A stretch of DNA of 64,000 nucleotides from Squalus acanthias (Eukaryota): contig JASTWF010000033.1 of assembly GCA_030390025.1 (NCBI GenBank), forward strand, positions 3,040,001-3,104,000. Reading direction: 5' to 3'. Numbering within the stretch: position 1 is the first letter of the stretch; every line of letters starts with the position of its first letter. Positions 63,173 to 64,000 of the stretch are shown piece after piece. The notes below the pieces were generated by a model. It worked only from the letters and a program-made list of their open reading frames with translations. It searched no databases and had not been told where the DNA came from. The position numbers and the translations under genes are program-made.

Positions 63173-64000
63173 GAACATAAGAACTTAAGAAATAGTAGCA
63201 GGAGTAGGCCATTAGGCCCTTCGAGCCTGCTCCAGCATTCAATGAGATCATGGCTGATCTTCTGCTTAAACTCCATTCACCGTCCCTATCGCCATATCCC
63301 CTGATGCCCTTACGAGTCAGAAATATATCGACTTCTGTTTTGAATATACCCAATGACTGAGCCTCTTCAGCCCTCTGGGGTAGAGAATTCAAAAGATTCA
63401 TGACCCTCTGTGTGAAGAAATTTCTTCTCATCTCAGTCCTGAATGGCCTACCCTTTATCCTGAGGCTGTGGTCCCTGGTTATAGACTCCACAACCAAGGG
63501 AAACATTCTCCTAGCATCCACCCTATCAAGCGCTGTAATAATTTTGTACGCTTCAATGAGATCCCCTCTCATACTTCTGAATTCAAGAGAATACAGGACT
63601 AGTTTATTCAATCTCTTCTCATACAACAGTCCCGCCATCCCAGGAATCAACCTCGTGAACCTTCGGTGCACTCCCTCTATGGCAAGTTTATCCTTCATTA
63701 GGTAAGGAGACCAAAATTGTGCACAGTACTCCAGGTGTGGTCTCACCAAGGCTCGATATAATTGGAGTAAGACTCTTTACTCCTGTACTCAAATCCTCTT
63801 CTAATGAGGGTCAGCATACCATTTGCCTTCCTAATAGCTTGCTGTACCTGCACATTCACTTTCAGTGACTCAGGTACAAGGAAACGCAGGATCCTTTGAG
63901 CATCTGCATTCCCCAATCTTTCACCATTTAGGAAATACTCTTCCTTTTTTTTCTACCAAAGTGGATAACTTCACATTATCCACATTATATTCCATCTGCC
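63173..64000 (-). mobile_element. CR1 LINE 3' portion, truncated by the window end
   Basis: VRPHLEYCAQFWSPYL..GVHRRFTRLIPG..RRNFFTQRV and CR1 tail at about 63175-63260. Confidence 0.9.

Overview
Repeat-dense eukaryotic genomic DNA, almost certainly from a cartilaginous fish (HE1-type V-SINEs, DeuSINEs, and abundant CR1 and L2 LINEs). No intact cellular protein-coding gene is evident. The main feature is a complete but decayed endogenous foamy (spuma)-virus-like provirus on the minus strand (25606-34815). It has two long TG...CA LTRs, a 4-bp GCAC target-site duplication, a tRNA-Lys-like PBS, a foamy-type Gag and a Pol (PR-RT-RH-IN). It has no env, tas or bet: only about 620 bp separate the integrase from the 3' LTR, and part of that gap is a decayed 131-codon continuation of the pol frame. 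The provirus appears to sit inside an exon of a degenerate dynein-heavy-chain-like pseudogene. Other features: a relic 5S rDNA tandem array, a tRNA-His pseudogene, a Penelope-type fold-back element with a hammerhead-ribozyme motif and 12-bp TSD, a 68-bp tandem array of CTCF-like motifs, a Vingi-like LINE, part of a second unrelated LTR, several satellites and a 3.6-kb GA-rich tract. All family assignments come from recalled motifs, not database searches, and LINE boundaries are approximate.
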